Source: an uncultured bacterium (GTDB lineage: Bacteria > Verrucomicrobiota > Verrucomicrobiia > Limisphaerales > UBA8199). From it: a DNA stretch of 64,000 nt. Position numbers and translations under genes: made by a program. Below are positions 41,772 to 52,484 of this stretch, piece after piece. Every line of letters starts with the position of its first letter. Position 1 is the first letter of the stretch. The notes under the pieces are model-generated. The model was not told where the DNA came from, searched no databases, and saw only the letters and a list, made by a program, of their open reading frames with translations. The stretch is taken from contig CAVVMW010000019.1 in assembly GCA_963749495.1 (NCBI GenBank), positions 224,001 to 288,000 of the forward strand. The letters are read 5' to 3'.

Positions 41772-41944
41772 GTAGCCCTCTCTGGGCCTGATCCCAAGGA
41801 ACGACTCGAAAGCCCGGGCTCCCCATGCCCCACTTTACCGCCGGCCTCGCGTCCCTTTTTGTCCCTTGCAGACGCCCTTCGAGAAGCCCCGGCAATTTTT
41901 TGTGCGGTTTTTGCCCCCGGCGCACATATCCTTGGTGACGGCAG

Positions 41945-43618
41945 ATGAGCAACGATACGGAATTATTGCGGCAGTATGTCGAGGGCGGCTCCGAGAGCGC
42001 TTTTACCGACCTGGTGCGGGAGCACCTTAACCTGGTCTATTCAGCGGCCCTGCGGGAGACGAGCGGCAACGGGGCGCTGGCGGAGGACCTCTCGCAAGCG
42101 GTGTTCCTGGAGTTGGCGCGCAAAGCTCCCCGGCTCCTGGGCCATCCCTGCGTGGCCGGCTGGCTCTACACTACGGTCCGTCATCTGGCGGCCAATTGGC
42201 GGCGTGCCGACCGGCACCGCCGGCAGCGCGAAGACGAGGCGCAGAGTATGAATGAGTTGCTTGCGGAGGACTCCCCCAACGAGGTCTGGCAAAGGATTCG
42301 GCCGGTGCTCGACGATGCGCTGCACGAATTGAAAGAGGCGGACCGCGCGGTCGTGGTGCTCCGTTTCCTGGAAGACCGGACCTTGGGCGAAGTCGGCGCG
42401 CGGCTTGGCCTGAGCGAAAACGCGGCGCGGATGCGAGTGGACCGGGCGCTGGAGAAGCTGCGCGGTCTGCTCGAGCGCCGCGGCATCACCTCGACAGCCT
42501 CCGGCCTAGCCGCCGCGTTCGCTATCGGGGCCGTCACTCCGGCCCCGGCTTCCCTGGCGGCCTCCATCGCCGGCGCCGCTCTGGCGAGCGGAACGGTTGC
42601 AGTTGCCGGTTCAACCACCCTGACCCTGATCAAACTTATGAGCATAACCAAAATCAAAGCGACTGTAATCGGCGCCCTGGTCCTGGCCGGCCTTGCCGTG
42701 CCCGCCTTGCAGCAAGCGCGCCTGGAGCGCGCGCGGTCCGAGAACGCTCGACTGCGCGCGCAGGAAACAGAGTTGCGCGCGCAGGCAACCGAACTGGCCG
42801 CCCTGCGCGGCGAGGCCGGGCGCGTGCGCGGCGTCGAGGCCGACAAGGCCGAGCTGGAGGGATTGCGCCAATGGAAGGCCCAGACCCAGCCCGAGCTGCT
42901 CCGCTTGCGCGGGATGGCCGGGGTTGCCCGGCGGGCGAACCTGGAGGCGGAGCAATTGCGGGCGCAGCTTGCCCGGCAGGCATCTGAGGGCGGCACCAAC
43001 TTGTTCTCCGGGGCGATGGCTGACGCGATGAAGCTGGCCATGGAGCAACAGGTCGAGGGCAAATTGTCCCGCCTGAGGGCCAGCCTGCACCTGACCCCGG
43101 AACAAATCGAGGCGGCCCGTGACATCCTCAAGCGGCAGGCGCAGGCGATGTCGGCGGGGATGCAGCGGGCCTTCTCGGGTAAGTTCGACAAAGAAGAGAT
43201 GACCAGGCTGAGCAAGGAATCAGGCAATCCGGACGAGCAAATCAAGGCGTTGCTGACCCCGGAGCAGAAGGCGGCCTACAAGGGCTATCAACAGGAAGAA
43301 GCCGCATACAATGCGCGCGCGGCGGCCAACGTGGAAGTGATGGCGATGCACTCCACCCTCGGCTTGACCTCGGAGCAGCAGGACCGGGCCTTTGCCGCCC
43401 TGTATGACGTGACCCTCAACCAGCTCACCGGTGACGCAAAACCAACCTCCACCAATATGGCAGAAGCTCTGGAGTGGCAGTTGGACCAGAAAACCAAGGC
43501 ACTCGAGCCCGTGCTGACGCCAACCCAGATGGAGAGTTATCGCCAACAGCAGGCGCTTCAGATCAAGCTCGCCAAGGATTTGATGAGCAAAATGGGGATG
43601 CCCGGCACGGGGAAATAG
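41945..43618 (+). CDS. ECF sigma-70 factor with long C-terminal extension
   Basis: DTELLRQY...AEDLSQAVF...GWLY...sigma4 LGLSENAARMRVDRALEKLR; TM then coiled coil. Confidence 0.9.
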   Translation: MSNDTELLRQYVEGGSESAFTDLVREHLNLVYSAALRETSGNGALAEDLSQAVFLELARKAPRLLGHPCVAGWLYTTVRHLAANWRRADRHRRQREDEAQSMNELLAEDSPNEVWQRIRPVLDDALHELKEADRAVVVLRFLEDRTLGEVGARLGLSENAARMRVDRALEKLRGLLERRGITSTASGLAAAFAIGAVTPAPASLAASIAGAALASGTVAVAGSTTLTLIKLMSITKIKATVIGALVLAGLAVPALQQARLERARSENARLRAQETELRAQATELAALRGEAGRVRGVEADKAELEGLRQWKAQTQPELLRLRGMAGVARRANLEAEQLRAQLARQASEGGTNLFSGAMADAMKLAMEQQVEGKLSRLRASLHLTPEQIEAARDILKRQAQAMSAGMQRAFSGKFDKEEMTRLSKESGNPDEQIKALLTPEQKAAYKGYQQEEAAYNARAAANVEVMAMHSTLGLTSEQQDRAFAALYDVTLNQLTGDAKPTSTNMAEALEWQLDQKTKALEPVLTPTQMESYRQQQALQIKLAKDLMSKMGMPGTGK

Positions 43619-43619
43619 C

Positions 43620-43873
43620 CGAGGGACGAGGGTCGAGGGGCCGAAGGCGAGGGGAAGCCTGGGTGGGACGGGCGTGCGTGGGATAACAGGACACCAGCAG
43701 GCATCTATGAGCCAGAACACGCAGGACAATCTCGGTGCGTATCGTAAGGCCAGGCAGTTATTCGACGTGGTCCTGCTCGATATGGACGGCCCTGAATCTT
43801 TGGCCCTCGACCCTCGACAATCGACGCTTCTCCGTCCCTGGTCCCTCGCCCCTCGCCCCTCGCCCCTCGTCCC
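43620..43873 (+). pseudogene. Four-helix-bundle (IVS-like) protein 5' remnant (ATG 43707) between inverted heptamer arrays
   Basis: MSQNTQDNLGAYRKARQLFDVVLLDM; (GAGGG.C)n upstream, (CCCTCG.)n downstream. Confidence 0.5.
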
Positions 43874-46444
43874 ATGGTCTGGCCGCCCCTGATAGAACGG
43901 GAACTGCGCGTGGCGTTGCGCAAGAAGCAGCCGGCGCGCAGCCGGCTCATGACCGCTTCGGCCCTGGTGGCGGTGTCTTTGGCCTTCCTCTTAATCGGGG
44001 TGCTCACCAATGGCAGGGAAGCGGGGCGGCGCCTGCACCAACTCCTCTTTCTGGTCGGGCTCTATTGGGTCGTGCGGACCCCCGGCCGCATCGCCGGGGC
44101 CTTTGCCGAGGAACGCCGCTGCCGCACGCTGGGGCTGCTCTTCCTGAGCGGCCTGGGCGCCGCCGAGGTCTTTGCCAGCAAAGTCCTCAGCTCGGCTTTG
44201 ATCGCCCTGACGGACCTGCTGGCCATGTTCCCGATGCTGGCCCTGCCGTTCCTGGTCGGCGGGACCTCCTACGACCTGTTCCTCGACACGGTCGTTTGCC
44301 TGCCCAACCTGATGCTCCTGGCCCTGGCCGTCGGACTCCTGGCGTCGGCTCTGACCGTAGATGAGAGCGCGGCAGTCGTGCTCGCGGCGGCGCTGGGGAC
44401 GGCGATTTGCGCGCTGCCGGTGGCCGTCTATTATGGGCTGTGGGCCATTTCTGCCGGCCAACCCTCGCTCGGGTGGCTGCGGCTGAGCCCGGGCTGGGCC
44501 GCCTGGTCCATCTGGGACGCGATTGGCATCGGCAGACGAGCGGACGTATGGACCAACTTCGGAGTCACGTTGGGTTGGTCGGCGATCTGCCTTGGGGGGG
44601 CCGCGATTGTCCTGAAGCGGCTCTGGCGTGGGCAGGAGGAGGGCGCCCCCCGCTCGGTCTGGCGCCAGCGCTGGCAGAGTTGGGTCCATGGAGACAGCGC
44701 CTGGCGCAAGCGCCTGGCGGCGGAGTGGCTCGATGCCAAACCCCCTCAAGGGAAACGGCCCTTTCGTGCGGGCAATCCGTTTGTGTGGCTGGCCGCGCGG
44801 GACCGCCAGCCGGCCGTATTGGCGTGGCTGGTCGTGGGCGGCATCACCGGCGCCTGGCTGCTCTGCTGGGCCCTATGGCGGGCCCGCTGGCCGAGCGTGC
44901 CCAACTTTTTCATCACGGCCACTCTGTTGCTCTCGAGCCTGGCCTGGATCATCCGTCAGACGGCGGCCAAGGCCCTGGCCGATGCCCGGCACGACGGCAG
45001 TTATGAGCTGCTGCTCACGACGCCCCTCCAACCGAGCGAGATCGTCTCGGGCGGGCTGGGAGCCCTCGGCTGGCACTTCCGTGCCGTGGGGCGGTGCGTC
45101 CTGGGCCTGGACGCGCTCATGCTGTTCGCGGGCCTGGCCCTGCGTCCCTGGCAGCCGGGAGCCCTGTTCGTCTATCTGGCGGTGTGGGCCTGGTTGCTCT
45201 GGCTTTCCTGGCGCTTGAGCTGGGATTGGCGTTCCTGCCTCCTGGTGATGTGGGCCGGCCTCAATAGCGGCCGGCCCGCCCTCGCGGTTTGGCGGGCGAC
45301 CGGCGTGCATTCGCATCGGGTGATCGCCCTCTGCTGGGTCTTCAACGTCTTCTGCTTCTGGGGCTGGAAAACGTTCTCCCATTGGTCGTCTTTCCCTTCA
45401 GGCTCGACCAATCAAGTGGTCCTCGCCTCATGTGCGGCATTGCTTCTCCTGCTCTCCCTCCTGGGGGCATACCTCGGTCTGGATAAGTTGCGCGCACCAC
45501 GGGAGCGCCGCCTCGTCGCGGAATTCCGGGACATCGTCCGCGAGCCGTTGCCGGACCGGGATGACCGCCGATTCAGGAAGTGGAACCATCACGAGCGATT
45601 CCCATGGTGGGAGTGGGAGGCGCTTCAACAGAGGACGTTGGGGGAAACTCTATGGCGGAACTACCCCGAGCGATTCCCCTGGTGGCGGGCAGCCAGGCGG
45701 AAGCCCGGGATACGGAGCCCCGCGGAAGACGCGAATGAGAGCGAACGACCGCAGGCCTCGCGAGCGCATCCCGACAGTGCCCCCGGAGTGCGCCCGTCCC
45801 CGGGCGCAGCAGCGACCGAGCGGGCAGGCGCGCCGGAGTGTTTGACCGCAACCCTGGCTCCGGGCGTCGCTGCGCCCGAGGACGGGCGCACTCCGGGCCG
45901 GTTCCCGGCGGTTGGGGCAGTGTCGGGAGGCGCCCAGGCCTCGCCTGAGGCCTCTGATCCCAGCCTGCCCGCCTCCGGACCTGCTGCGGCCGCGGACGCG
46001 CCCGCTCCGGCGGCAGCATGGGGAGCCGCCCTGAGTCCGCCCTATCCCTGCGGGCGTGGCCAACCGTGGCCCGCGCAACCGCTGAAACCGGCCGGGAAGC
46101 CTCTTGAAACCGAGACGAATTGGATGCTGGCAGCGGTTGGTCTGTTAGGCGCCGGCGCCGTGTTCGCGGTCATGGGCGCGGCTATTGGGGTTGTAGCGGC
46201 GGCTGTCTATCATCTTGTCACACATCCGCCATTCGGCAGCCTGACGGAAGAGACCTGCGAGCGGCTTGTCTTGCGCGGGGGTTGTGCCGGGGCGTGCATT
46301 GGAGGGGTTCTCGGGCTGATTTTCATAGTGTGTTTTTTCCTTGTCATATTGCCTCGTCAAACTCGCGCCCTGCCACCCTCGCGCCGGCCTGTGCCGCCCG
46401 GGAACCGGAACCGCCCGGCCGCGCCGTCCCGAAGGGACACTTGA
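43874..46444 (+). CDS. ABC-2-type permease-like membrane protein with chimeric C-terminal extension
   Basis: PLIERELRVA, EERR..TLGLLFL, DGSYELLLTTPL; many TM helices. Confidence 0.75.
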   Translation: MVWPPLIERELRVALRKKQPARSRLMTASALVAVSLAFLLIGVLTNGREAGRRLHQLLFLVGLYWVVRTPGRIAGAFAEERRCRTLGLLFLSGLGAAEVFASKVLSSALIALTDLLAMFPMLALPFLVGGTSYDLFLDTVVCLPNLMLLALAVGLLASALTVDESAAVVLAAALGTAICALPVAVYYGLWAISAGQPSLGWLRLSPGWAAWSIWDAIGIGRRADVWTNFGVTLGWSAICLGGAAIVLKRLWRGQEEGAPRSVWRQRWQSWVHGDSAWRKRLAAEWLDAKPPQGKRPFRAGNPFVWLAARDRQPAVLAWLVVGGITGAWLLCWALWRARWPSVPNFFITATLLLSSLAWIIRQTAAKALADARHDGSYELLLTTPLQPSEIVSGGLGALGWHFRAVGRCVLGLDALMLFAGLALRPWQPGALFVYLAVWAWLLWLSWRLSWDWRSCLLVMWAGLNSGRPALAVWRATGVHSHRVIALCWVFNVFCFWGWKTFSHWSSFPSGSTNQVVLASCAALLLLLSLLGAYLGLDKLRAPRERRLVAEFRDIVREPLPDRDDRRFRKWNHHERFPWWEWEALQQRTLGETLWRNYPERFPWWRAARRKPGIRSPAEDANESERPQASRAHPDSAPGVRPSPGAAATERAGAPECLTATLAPGVAAPEDGRTPGRFPAVGAVSGGAQASPEASDPSLPASGPAAAADAPAPAAAWGAALSPPYPCGRGQPWPAQPLKPAGKPLETETNWMLAAVGLLGAGAVFAVMGAAIGVVAAAVYHLVTHPPFGSLTEETCERLVLRGGCAGACIGGVLGLIFIVCFFLVILPRQTRALPPSRRPVPPGNRNRPAAPSRRDT
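45763..45933. repeat. Palindromic element family E inside the permease ORF
   Basis: Homologous to 29186-29357 (opposite orientation on the + strand). Confidence 0.85.
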
Positions 46445-46698
46445 GAGTAGCCCGGGGTTCAGGCCGCCAGGCCGAGGCCTTACTGCACCGGACTCTGGAT
46501 GACTCCGGTGTCTTTGTCGCAACCTCTGTCGCATTCTTTGTCGAATTGGGCCGGTTGTCAACAAAGGTAGCGACAAAGGCAACGACAAAGGTCCCGAAAG
46601 CCACTCAAAGTGCGGCGCAGCGGGCCGAGGCCCTGGGCGATTCAGATCTTCCAGGGTGAGCGATTCTTGGCCGGCCAATACCGGCGTGCGCCTCGTCG

Positions 46699-46904
46699 CG
46701 GCCCGACGGGCCGCCAGAGCCTAGCCCAGGCTGAGGCCGGCAGGCCGATGCCCTGGGTTTCGTTGCAGAGGCGGAGCCCGCGCCCTGAAGGGGCGCCAGA
46801 GTCTTGCGCCCTTTCAGGGCGCGATTGATTTCGCCGGCCATGTACCCAGGGCATCGGCCTTGCGGCCTCAGCCCTGGGCTAGGCTCTGCCGGCGCTTTGG
46901 GCCG
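46699..46904. repeat. REPIN-like element family D, second copy
   Basis: Matches 28000-28209. Confidence 0.85.
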
Positions 46905-46965
46905 GGAGTTAAAAACGGTCCCTATTTTGTCCTGCGCCTCCCGGGCGGTTCCCCGAATTTTCTTG

Positions 46966-47006
46966 TTGACACTACTATGGTCATAGTATTTACTATGAAC
47001 ATAGTA
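46966..47006 (+). promoter_or_regulatory. blaI promoter with two palindromic operator boxes
   Basis: TTGACA at 46966; TACTATG-gt-CATAGTA (46973-46988) and TACTATG-aa-CATAGTA (46991-47006). Confidence 0.75.
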
Positions 47007-47428
47007 TGAAGATGAAACCCGTTCAGCCATCCAAACTCGAGGCGCAGGTCCTCTCGGTGCTCTGGGAGCGCGGGGCCGCCACGGTGCGCGCGGTGCTCGA
47101 GGCCATGCCCGACGGCAAGACGCGCGCCTACACGACCATCCTCTCGGTCCTCCAGGTCATGGAACGGAAGGGACTGGTCCGCCACACCGCCCAGGGCAAC
47201 ACGCACGTCTATGAGGCGCGGGTGACGCGGGAGCAGGTGACCGGCCCGCTGCTGCGCAACCTGGTGCGGGACCTGTTTGGCGGCAGCGCGGTGTCGGCGC
47301 TGCAGCACCTGCTGGCGCAAAACGAGGTCACGCCGCAGGAGATGGGCGAGATCCGGCGCCTGCTGGCCGAGCACGCGCACGACCGGCCGGCGGCGGCCAA
47401 AGCGGCGCCGGCAAGGAGGGGCCGATGA
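47006..47428 (+). CDS. BlaI/MecI/CopY family repressor
   Basis: LE.QVL.VLW..G.ATV, AYTTILSVL..MERKG.V, LFGGS. Confidence 0.9.
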   Translation: MKMKPVQPSKLEAQVLSVLWERGAATVRAVLEAMPDGKTRAYTTILSVLQVMERKGLVRHTAQGNTHVYEARVTREQVTGPLLRNLVRDLFGGSAVSALQHLLAQNEVTPQEMGEIRRLLAEHAHDRPAAAKAAPARRGR

Positions 47429-50400
47429 ACTTGACCATGAACACATTGCTGCAATCGCTGGCCTCGGACAACTGGGCGCGGGTGGTTCAGGCCCTGTTTC
47501 ACACGCTCTGGGTCGGGGCGCTGCTGGCGCTGGTTTTGGGCCTGGTCCTGCGGCGGACCACCAATCCATTCGTGCGCTATCGCGCCTGCGTGGCGGCCTT
47601 GACCGGTGTCTTGTTTGGCGGGCTGGTGGCCTGGGCTTGGCTGGAGATCGGGCCCGCCCCACTCTCCGAAACGGCCGGTTCCGCAAGTCACGTTTCACGT
47701 TTCACGGTTCACGCCCCGCCTTCCGCCGCCCCGCTTTCCCAAACCGCCGATTCCCTAAATCAGGTTTCACGTTTCACGTTTCACGCCTCCCCCTCCGCCG
47801 GGCAGCCGGCAGGCTTGCGCGCATTCGGAAATCGTTGCCGCTCCTGGCTGCCGTGGCTGGCGTTGGGGTGGCTGCTCGGGACGGCGTTCATGCTGGCGCG
47901 TTCCGTGGCGAGCGTGGTGGGGGCGGAGAGGCTGCGCGCCTCCGCCGCGCCTTTGGAGGATGAGGGGGTGCAGCGGTTGGTCCAGGCGGCGCGCCGCCGC
48001 CTGGCCATGACCCGGCAGGTCCGCCTGGCCGTGACGGAGAAGCTCGCCTCGCCCGCGGTCGTGGGGGTGGTCGTGCCCACGCTGATCCTCCCGCTCACGT
48101 TGCTCACGACGATTCCAGCCAATCAACTGCAGTTGATCCTGCTGCACGAGCTGGCCCACGTCCGGCGCGGGGATTACCTGGCCAACCTCTTCCAGTTCGT
48201 CATCGAATCGGTCCTGTTTTTCAACCCCGCCGTCTGGTGGCTGAGCCGCCAGATGCGGGTCGAGCGGGAGGCCTGCTGCAACGCGTTGGCCGCGGGCCCG
48301 GCGCAAGACCGCCTGGAATACGCCCGCGCCCTGGCCTGTGTGGCGGAACAGGCGCTGGGGTCCGCGCCGGCAGCCGCCCCGGCGTTCGCCGACCGCCGCC
48401 ATCCCTCGGCGCTCCGGGACCGCCTCCAGCGGTTGCTGGTGCCGGGCTATCGCCCCGCGCTGCGCTTGACCTGGAAAGCCCTGCTGGCCTCGCTCTTCCT
48501 GGGCGGCGCGCTGCTTCTGCTCTCGGCCCTGGGGACTCGGTGGACCATCAAGGCCGCCGCACAACTCCTCTCGCCCCAGCAACGCATCGAGCGCATCGAG
48601 AACGCCATGAAAAAGATGGGCGAACCGCCCGCCGATTTCACGGGAGAGAACGATTTGCACATCCCGGCCACGGTCGTGCTGCGGACCCCGGACGGCTCGG
48701 CCCTGCCGCGCGGTGCTCACGGGGCCTTCATCAGCTTGTGGCCCAGGCACTCCGCGGTGATCGGAGTCACACCGGATGAGAATGGCGTCTGCAGAGCCAG
48801 CGTGTCCAAGGGCACTTTGTTCTTCTACGCCATTGGCGCGGAAGGATTCGCCCCGGCCTATCTCGGCCCGATTGCCACCCGCGCCAGCAACGAGGTCGAA
48901 AACATCGAATTGATTCTCCAACCCGGGTTCCCGGTTTCCATCAAGGCGATAGACGCTGACTCCGGCCAGCCGCTGGCTGATGCCACACTCAATTGCCAGT
49001 TCTCATTCCCGGATGCCGGGCAGAATCTGGGTGCCCCGCTTCCGGTCGAGGCTGATGAGCAAGGGATCGCCAGGCTGGTTCACTCCGTTTCGCTGCCGCT
49101 GGGCGTCACCGTGATAAAACCCGGATATGAAATGGTCGAAGAGCGCTTCGATCCTCCCAAGTCAAATGCCTTACTGACCGTCTCGGCACGCCGGGCCTTG
49201 CCGCTGGCCGGCCGCCTCACGGACGCCACCGGCGGGCCGGTCCCGGAGGCAGGGCTTTATATCCTGCGCGCGGACAATGCCCCGGGCCTTTACGGCAGCT
49301 CACCCGATCACCCAGGTCATCCGCTGACAGTAACCGACGCTCAAGGCCGATACCTCTTGAACCAGCTCCCGCGAAGCGGCTGGTTCTGGCTGCTCATCCG
49401 GGCTGAGGGCCACCCCGACGCCATCCTCTCCGAGTGCACCCGGGCCAGACCAACCTCGAGACCGCCCTGGGACCCGAACTGCGGGTCGGCGGGCGCGTCA
49501 CCGGCAACCTGGACGCGCTGCCGCGCAGCAACCAGGGGCCCAGACTCATCTGTGGCAATGAGTACCCGAGCAGGCAACAACTCCCACCGCACCTCCAAGT
49601 CCGTGCCGGTCCGCATCGAAGGCGACACCGGCTACTTCGAGTTCGTCAGCCCGGTTGCGGGCCTGGTGACACTCGAGCGCCGGCGACCGGGTCTTCAAGC
49701 GCGAGGTCAACGCCCCGGTCAAGGACTGGGTCATCAATTTGTCGCCGGAAACCAACCCGCCCCCGGTCCGGACTGTTACCTTGCGCTTCGAACATCCCTC
49801 GAAAGTCCCTCCCCAAGGCACGGTCTCCGTCCTCCTGCCCACTCGAGAGCCGAACATGGCCGCGTCCAAGGAAATGGAGATTCGCGACGGCGAGGTTTCC
49901 TTCGAGGTGCCCGTGGGGCGCGCCTTCTCCTTTAGCCGGCCCATACGGTTGGCTATTGGTTCGAGCAGGAAATGAACGTCAAGGTCAACGATGGCGCCGG
50001 GCCGCTGGTCATCTCCGTGCCGGTGATCCCGGCCGGCGCCATCTATGCCCAGGCCCGAAAGGCAGACGGCTCGCTCGCCGGCAATGTCTCATTCACGGTC
50101 GCGGAGGTGAAGCGGTCGCCCCTGGCCAAACCGGAAGGATTCCCAACCACGCCCAGCTCCGATGGTTGGTCGCCGGACGGGGGACCGCGCAAATATGTGG
50201 CCAGCCCGTTGCCTTTGGGCGGCACCTACCTGGTCATCGCCTGGCAAACCAACAGCTTCGCAGTGAGCGAGCCGATCAAGCTCACCGAAGAGGATCCGGA
50301 CCGGCAGGTGGAACTCCAGTTCACACGGGGCGTCTCCATCACCGGCCAGGTTGTCTCCCAGGCGGGCAGGCCCCTTCCCCATGCGCCCGTGGACTTGTCC

Positions 50401-50886
50401 TGGAACCATCCGAATCACGGCTTCGGGATGCCGGGGCGCCTGGCCGACCAGGATGGCCGGTTCACTTTCGACAACTGCAACCCGCGCCTCGGGCAATACA
50501 TGGTCACCGCCCGCAGCCCCGGGTGCCGCTCGTCGAGGCAGCAGGTCAATTTCTCCAAGCTGCCTCTCACGGTCCGGCTCGAACCCGGGGTCAAGCTGAG
50601 CGGGCGCATTATCGAGGCCAAGTCGAAACGGCCCATTGTCTCCGCCGAGGTGCGCGCCACGGCCGAGTCGGGCAATTTCCCGGGCGAAACCACCCGGACC
50701 GACGAGCAGGGCCGGTTCTCCTTCGATACCTTGAACGATGCGAGATACCGGCTGTATGTGGAGGGCTGCAATCCTGCGGACAGCAGGCTCGACCGTCTCT
50801 ACAAGGCCGGTGCGGCCCAGCCGGTCCAACTCGACATGACAATCATCCAGGGCGCCACCGTCAAGCTGGGCGAGGAACGGCCCTAA
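47425..50886 (+). CDS. BlaR1/M56 metallopeptidase with C-terminal carboxypeptidase-regulatory-like repeats; about four frameshifts at 49430-49940
   Basis: ILLHELAHVRRGD, FFNPAVWW..ERE; repeated TDAQGRY / DQDGRF / TDEQGRF units spread over three frames. Confidence 0.8.
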
Positions 50887-50917
50887 GGGGAGGGCACAGG
50901 CGTGGTTGGCATTCTCG

Positions 50918-51080
50918 CCACCGGGCACGATAAAATCCTCGGGTCCGCGTTGCGGGAGTCTTGTCCCGGAGGGACGTTTGAGAATAGCCCAAGGTTTCAA
51001 CCTTGGGGTCCAGGCGAAGATGCGCAAAGTCCCGAAGGGACGGCTGAAAACCGCCGGCGTTTCAGCCGTCCCTTCGGGAC
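50918..51080. repeat. REPIN family C, partial copy
   Basis: cgataaaa..cgggagt.ttgtcccggagggac..aatagccc..gtcccgaagggacggctgaa..ttcagccgtcccttcgggac. Confidence 0.8.
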
Positions 51081-51096
51081 TCGAGGTGCCGACGGA

Positions 51097-51360
51097 ATCA
51101 GCAGGATCTTCGCTCGCAACTCCGCGGTGATCTTCCAACGGTCCTTGGGCCCGCGGCGCTCCGGCATCAACCCTCGCATTCCCCCGCGCTCAAATTCCGC
51201 GACGCACCTCTGCACTGAATTGACGTGCCGCTCAAACGCCTCGGCCAACTCTTGCCCCGTGGCCAACCCGCACTGGTGCAACTGGGCAATCGCCAGGCGG
51301 GAAATGACAAGACCTGACCCCAGTGGTTTGGTTAGTACCCGGAAATGTTGGAGCATAACG
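51097..51360 (-). pseudogene. HTH transposase N-terminal fragment
   Basis: ATGQELAEAFERHVNSVQR..FERGGMRGLMPERRGPK..KIT. Confidence 0.6.
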
Positions 51361-51541
51361 CGGTCGTTCGGGGTCGGCGAGGGTGAGGCCGTTGGAGGGC
51401 ATGCCCACAGCGACCCCTCCGGCGTCGGGGACCCCCGGTCCTCGATCCCTCCCACACCCTTATTAGAGTTGAAGTCTGCGCCAAATTCGGCCATGCTACT
51501 GACGATGGCCAACGCCAAAGAACCTGAAACAACCCTGGGTT

Positions 51542-51778
51542 ATGATTAGCGTAATCATCGGAACACGGGGCGAAATCGCCCTGCCGGACGAAGTGCGCCA
51601 GCGCTACGGCATGGAGGCAGAAACGCCATTACGTGTGATTGAAACCCGCAATGGCGTCCTGCTGGTGCCCTTGACCGATGCGCCAATGTCGCCCGAACTC
51701 CAAGGGGAGTTGGCCGAGTGGCAATCGCTTGGTTCCAGGTCTTGGGGGATGTTCGAATTTCGCGACGAGGACCGATGA
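51542..51778 (+). CDS. AbrB/MazE family antitoxin
   Basis: IGTRGEIALPDEVRQRYG......VIETRNGVLLVP. Confidence 0.85.
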   Translation: MISVIIGTRGEIALPDEVRQRYGMEAETPLRVIETRNGVLLVPLTDAPMSPELQGELAEWQSLGSRSWGMFEFRDEDR

Positions 51779-52119
51779 TCGTCGGTGACCTTTTCTGGGT
51801 CGAGTTCCCAACCGGCGCAGGACGGGCTCAATCTGGCCGGCGTCCAGCGCTGATTGTTCAAACCCCGGCGGTAACCGGGAAGCTTCCCACGGTTTTAGTC
51901 GTTCCACTCACGACACAACTGGACGCCCTTCGTTTTCCTGGCACGGTTCTCGTCGAAGCCGATGCCGAGAACCATCTGCGGCATCCTTCGGTGGCGCTGG
52001 TGTTTCAGTTGAGCGTCCTGGACAAACGGTTTCTCAGCCAGCGGCTGGGCCGCGTTTCTCCGGGGGTGTTGGAGAAGGTTTGGTCCGCGATGGACGAAAT
52101 CACTGGCCGTGGCCCGTGA
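51775..52119 (+). CDS. mazF: PemK/MazF family toxin
   Basis: GDLFWVEFP..G..Q.GRRPALIVQ...VVPLTT...Q...LDK. Confidence 0.9.
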   Translation: MIVGDLFWVEFPTGAGRAQSGRRPALIVQTPAVTGKLPTVLVVPLTTQLDALRFPGTVLVEADAENHLRHPSVALVFQLSVLDKRFLSQRLGRVSPGVLEKVWSAMDEITGRGP

Positions 52120-52200
52120 GTGAGCAGCGGAGTTTTCCCAGGCGCAGGTGGGAGCCTTCCCTTCGGGACTCAAGGTGCCGACGGAGCGAGGCAGGCGCGT

Positions 52201-52296
52201 CCGGAGTCGCGGAGCGTTTTGGACTGCGGCAGTCCTCTGCCGCTTTTCGGACTCTGGGGACGCGAAAGCGCCAGAGGACTGGCGCAGTCCAAAACC
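52201..52296. repeat. REP family B
   Basis: Near-identical to 10566-10661. Confidence 0.9.
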
Positions 52297-52333
52297 TTGC
52301 GGGCTTCGCGGCGACCCCTTTAATTCTGCGTGA

Positions 52334-52480
52334 TCTGCGTGGTCTGCGGGCGCATCCCCGCCCTTCCGGCTTGCCATCCTGCTGGGGCGCCTTACGCTGG
52401 TTTTCATGAAACTTCGAGCCGTTCCCCTCCTGCTGCCGCTCCTTTTGGCCGCCGTTTGCTGCGGGTTGCCTTGGGCGGCG
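52334..52480 (+). repeat. Diverged duplicate of the GH2 upstream region and first 25 codons (59068-59214)
   Basis: MKLRAVPLLLPLLLAAVCCGLPWAA versus MKPRIVPLLLPLLSAAVCCGLPRAA plus 72 nt of upstream sequence. Confidence 0.9.
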
Positions 52481-52484
52481 CCGC

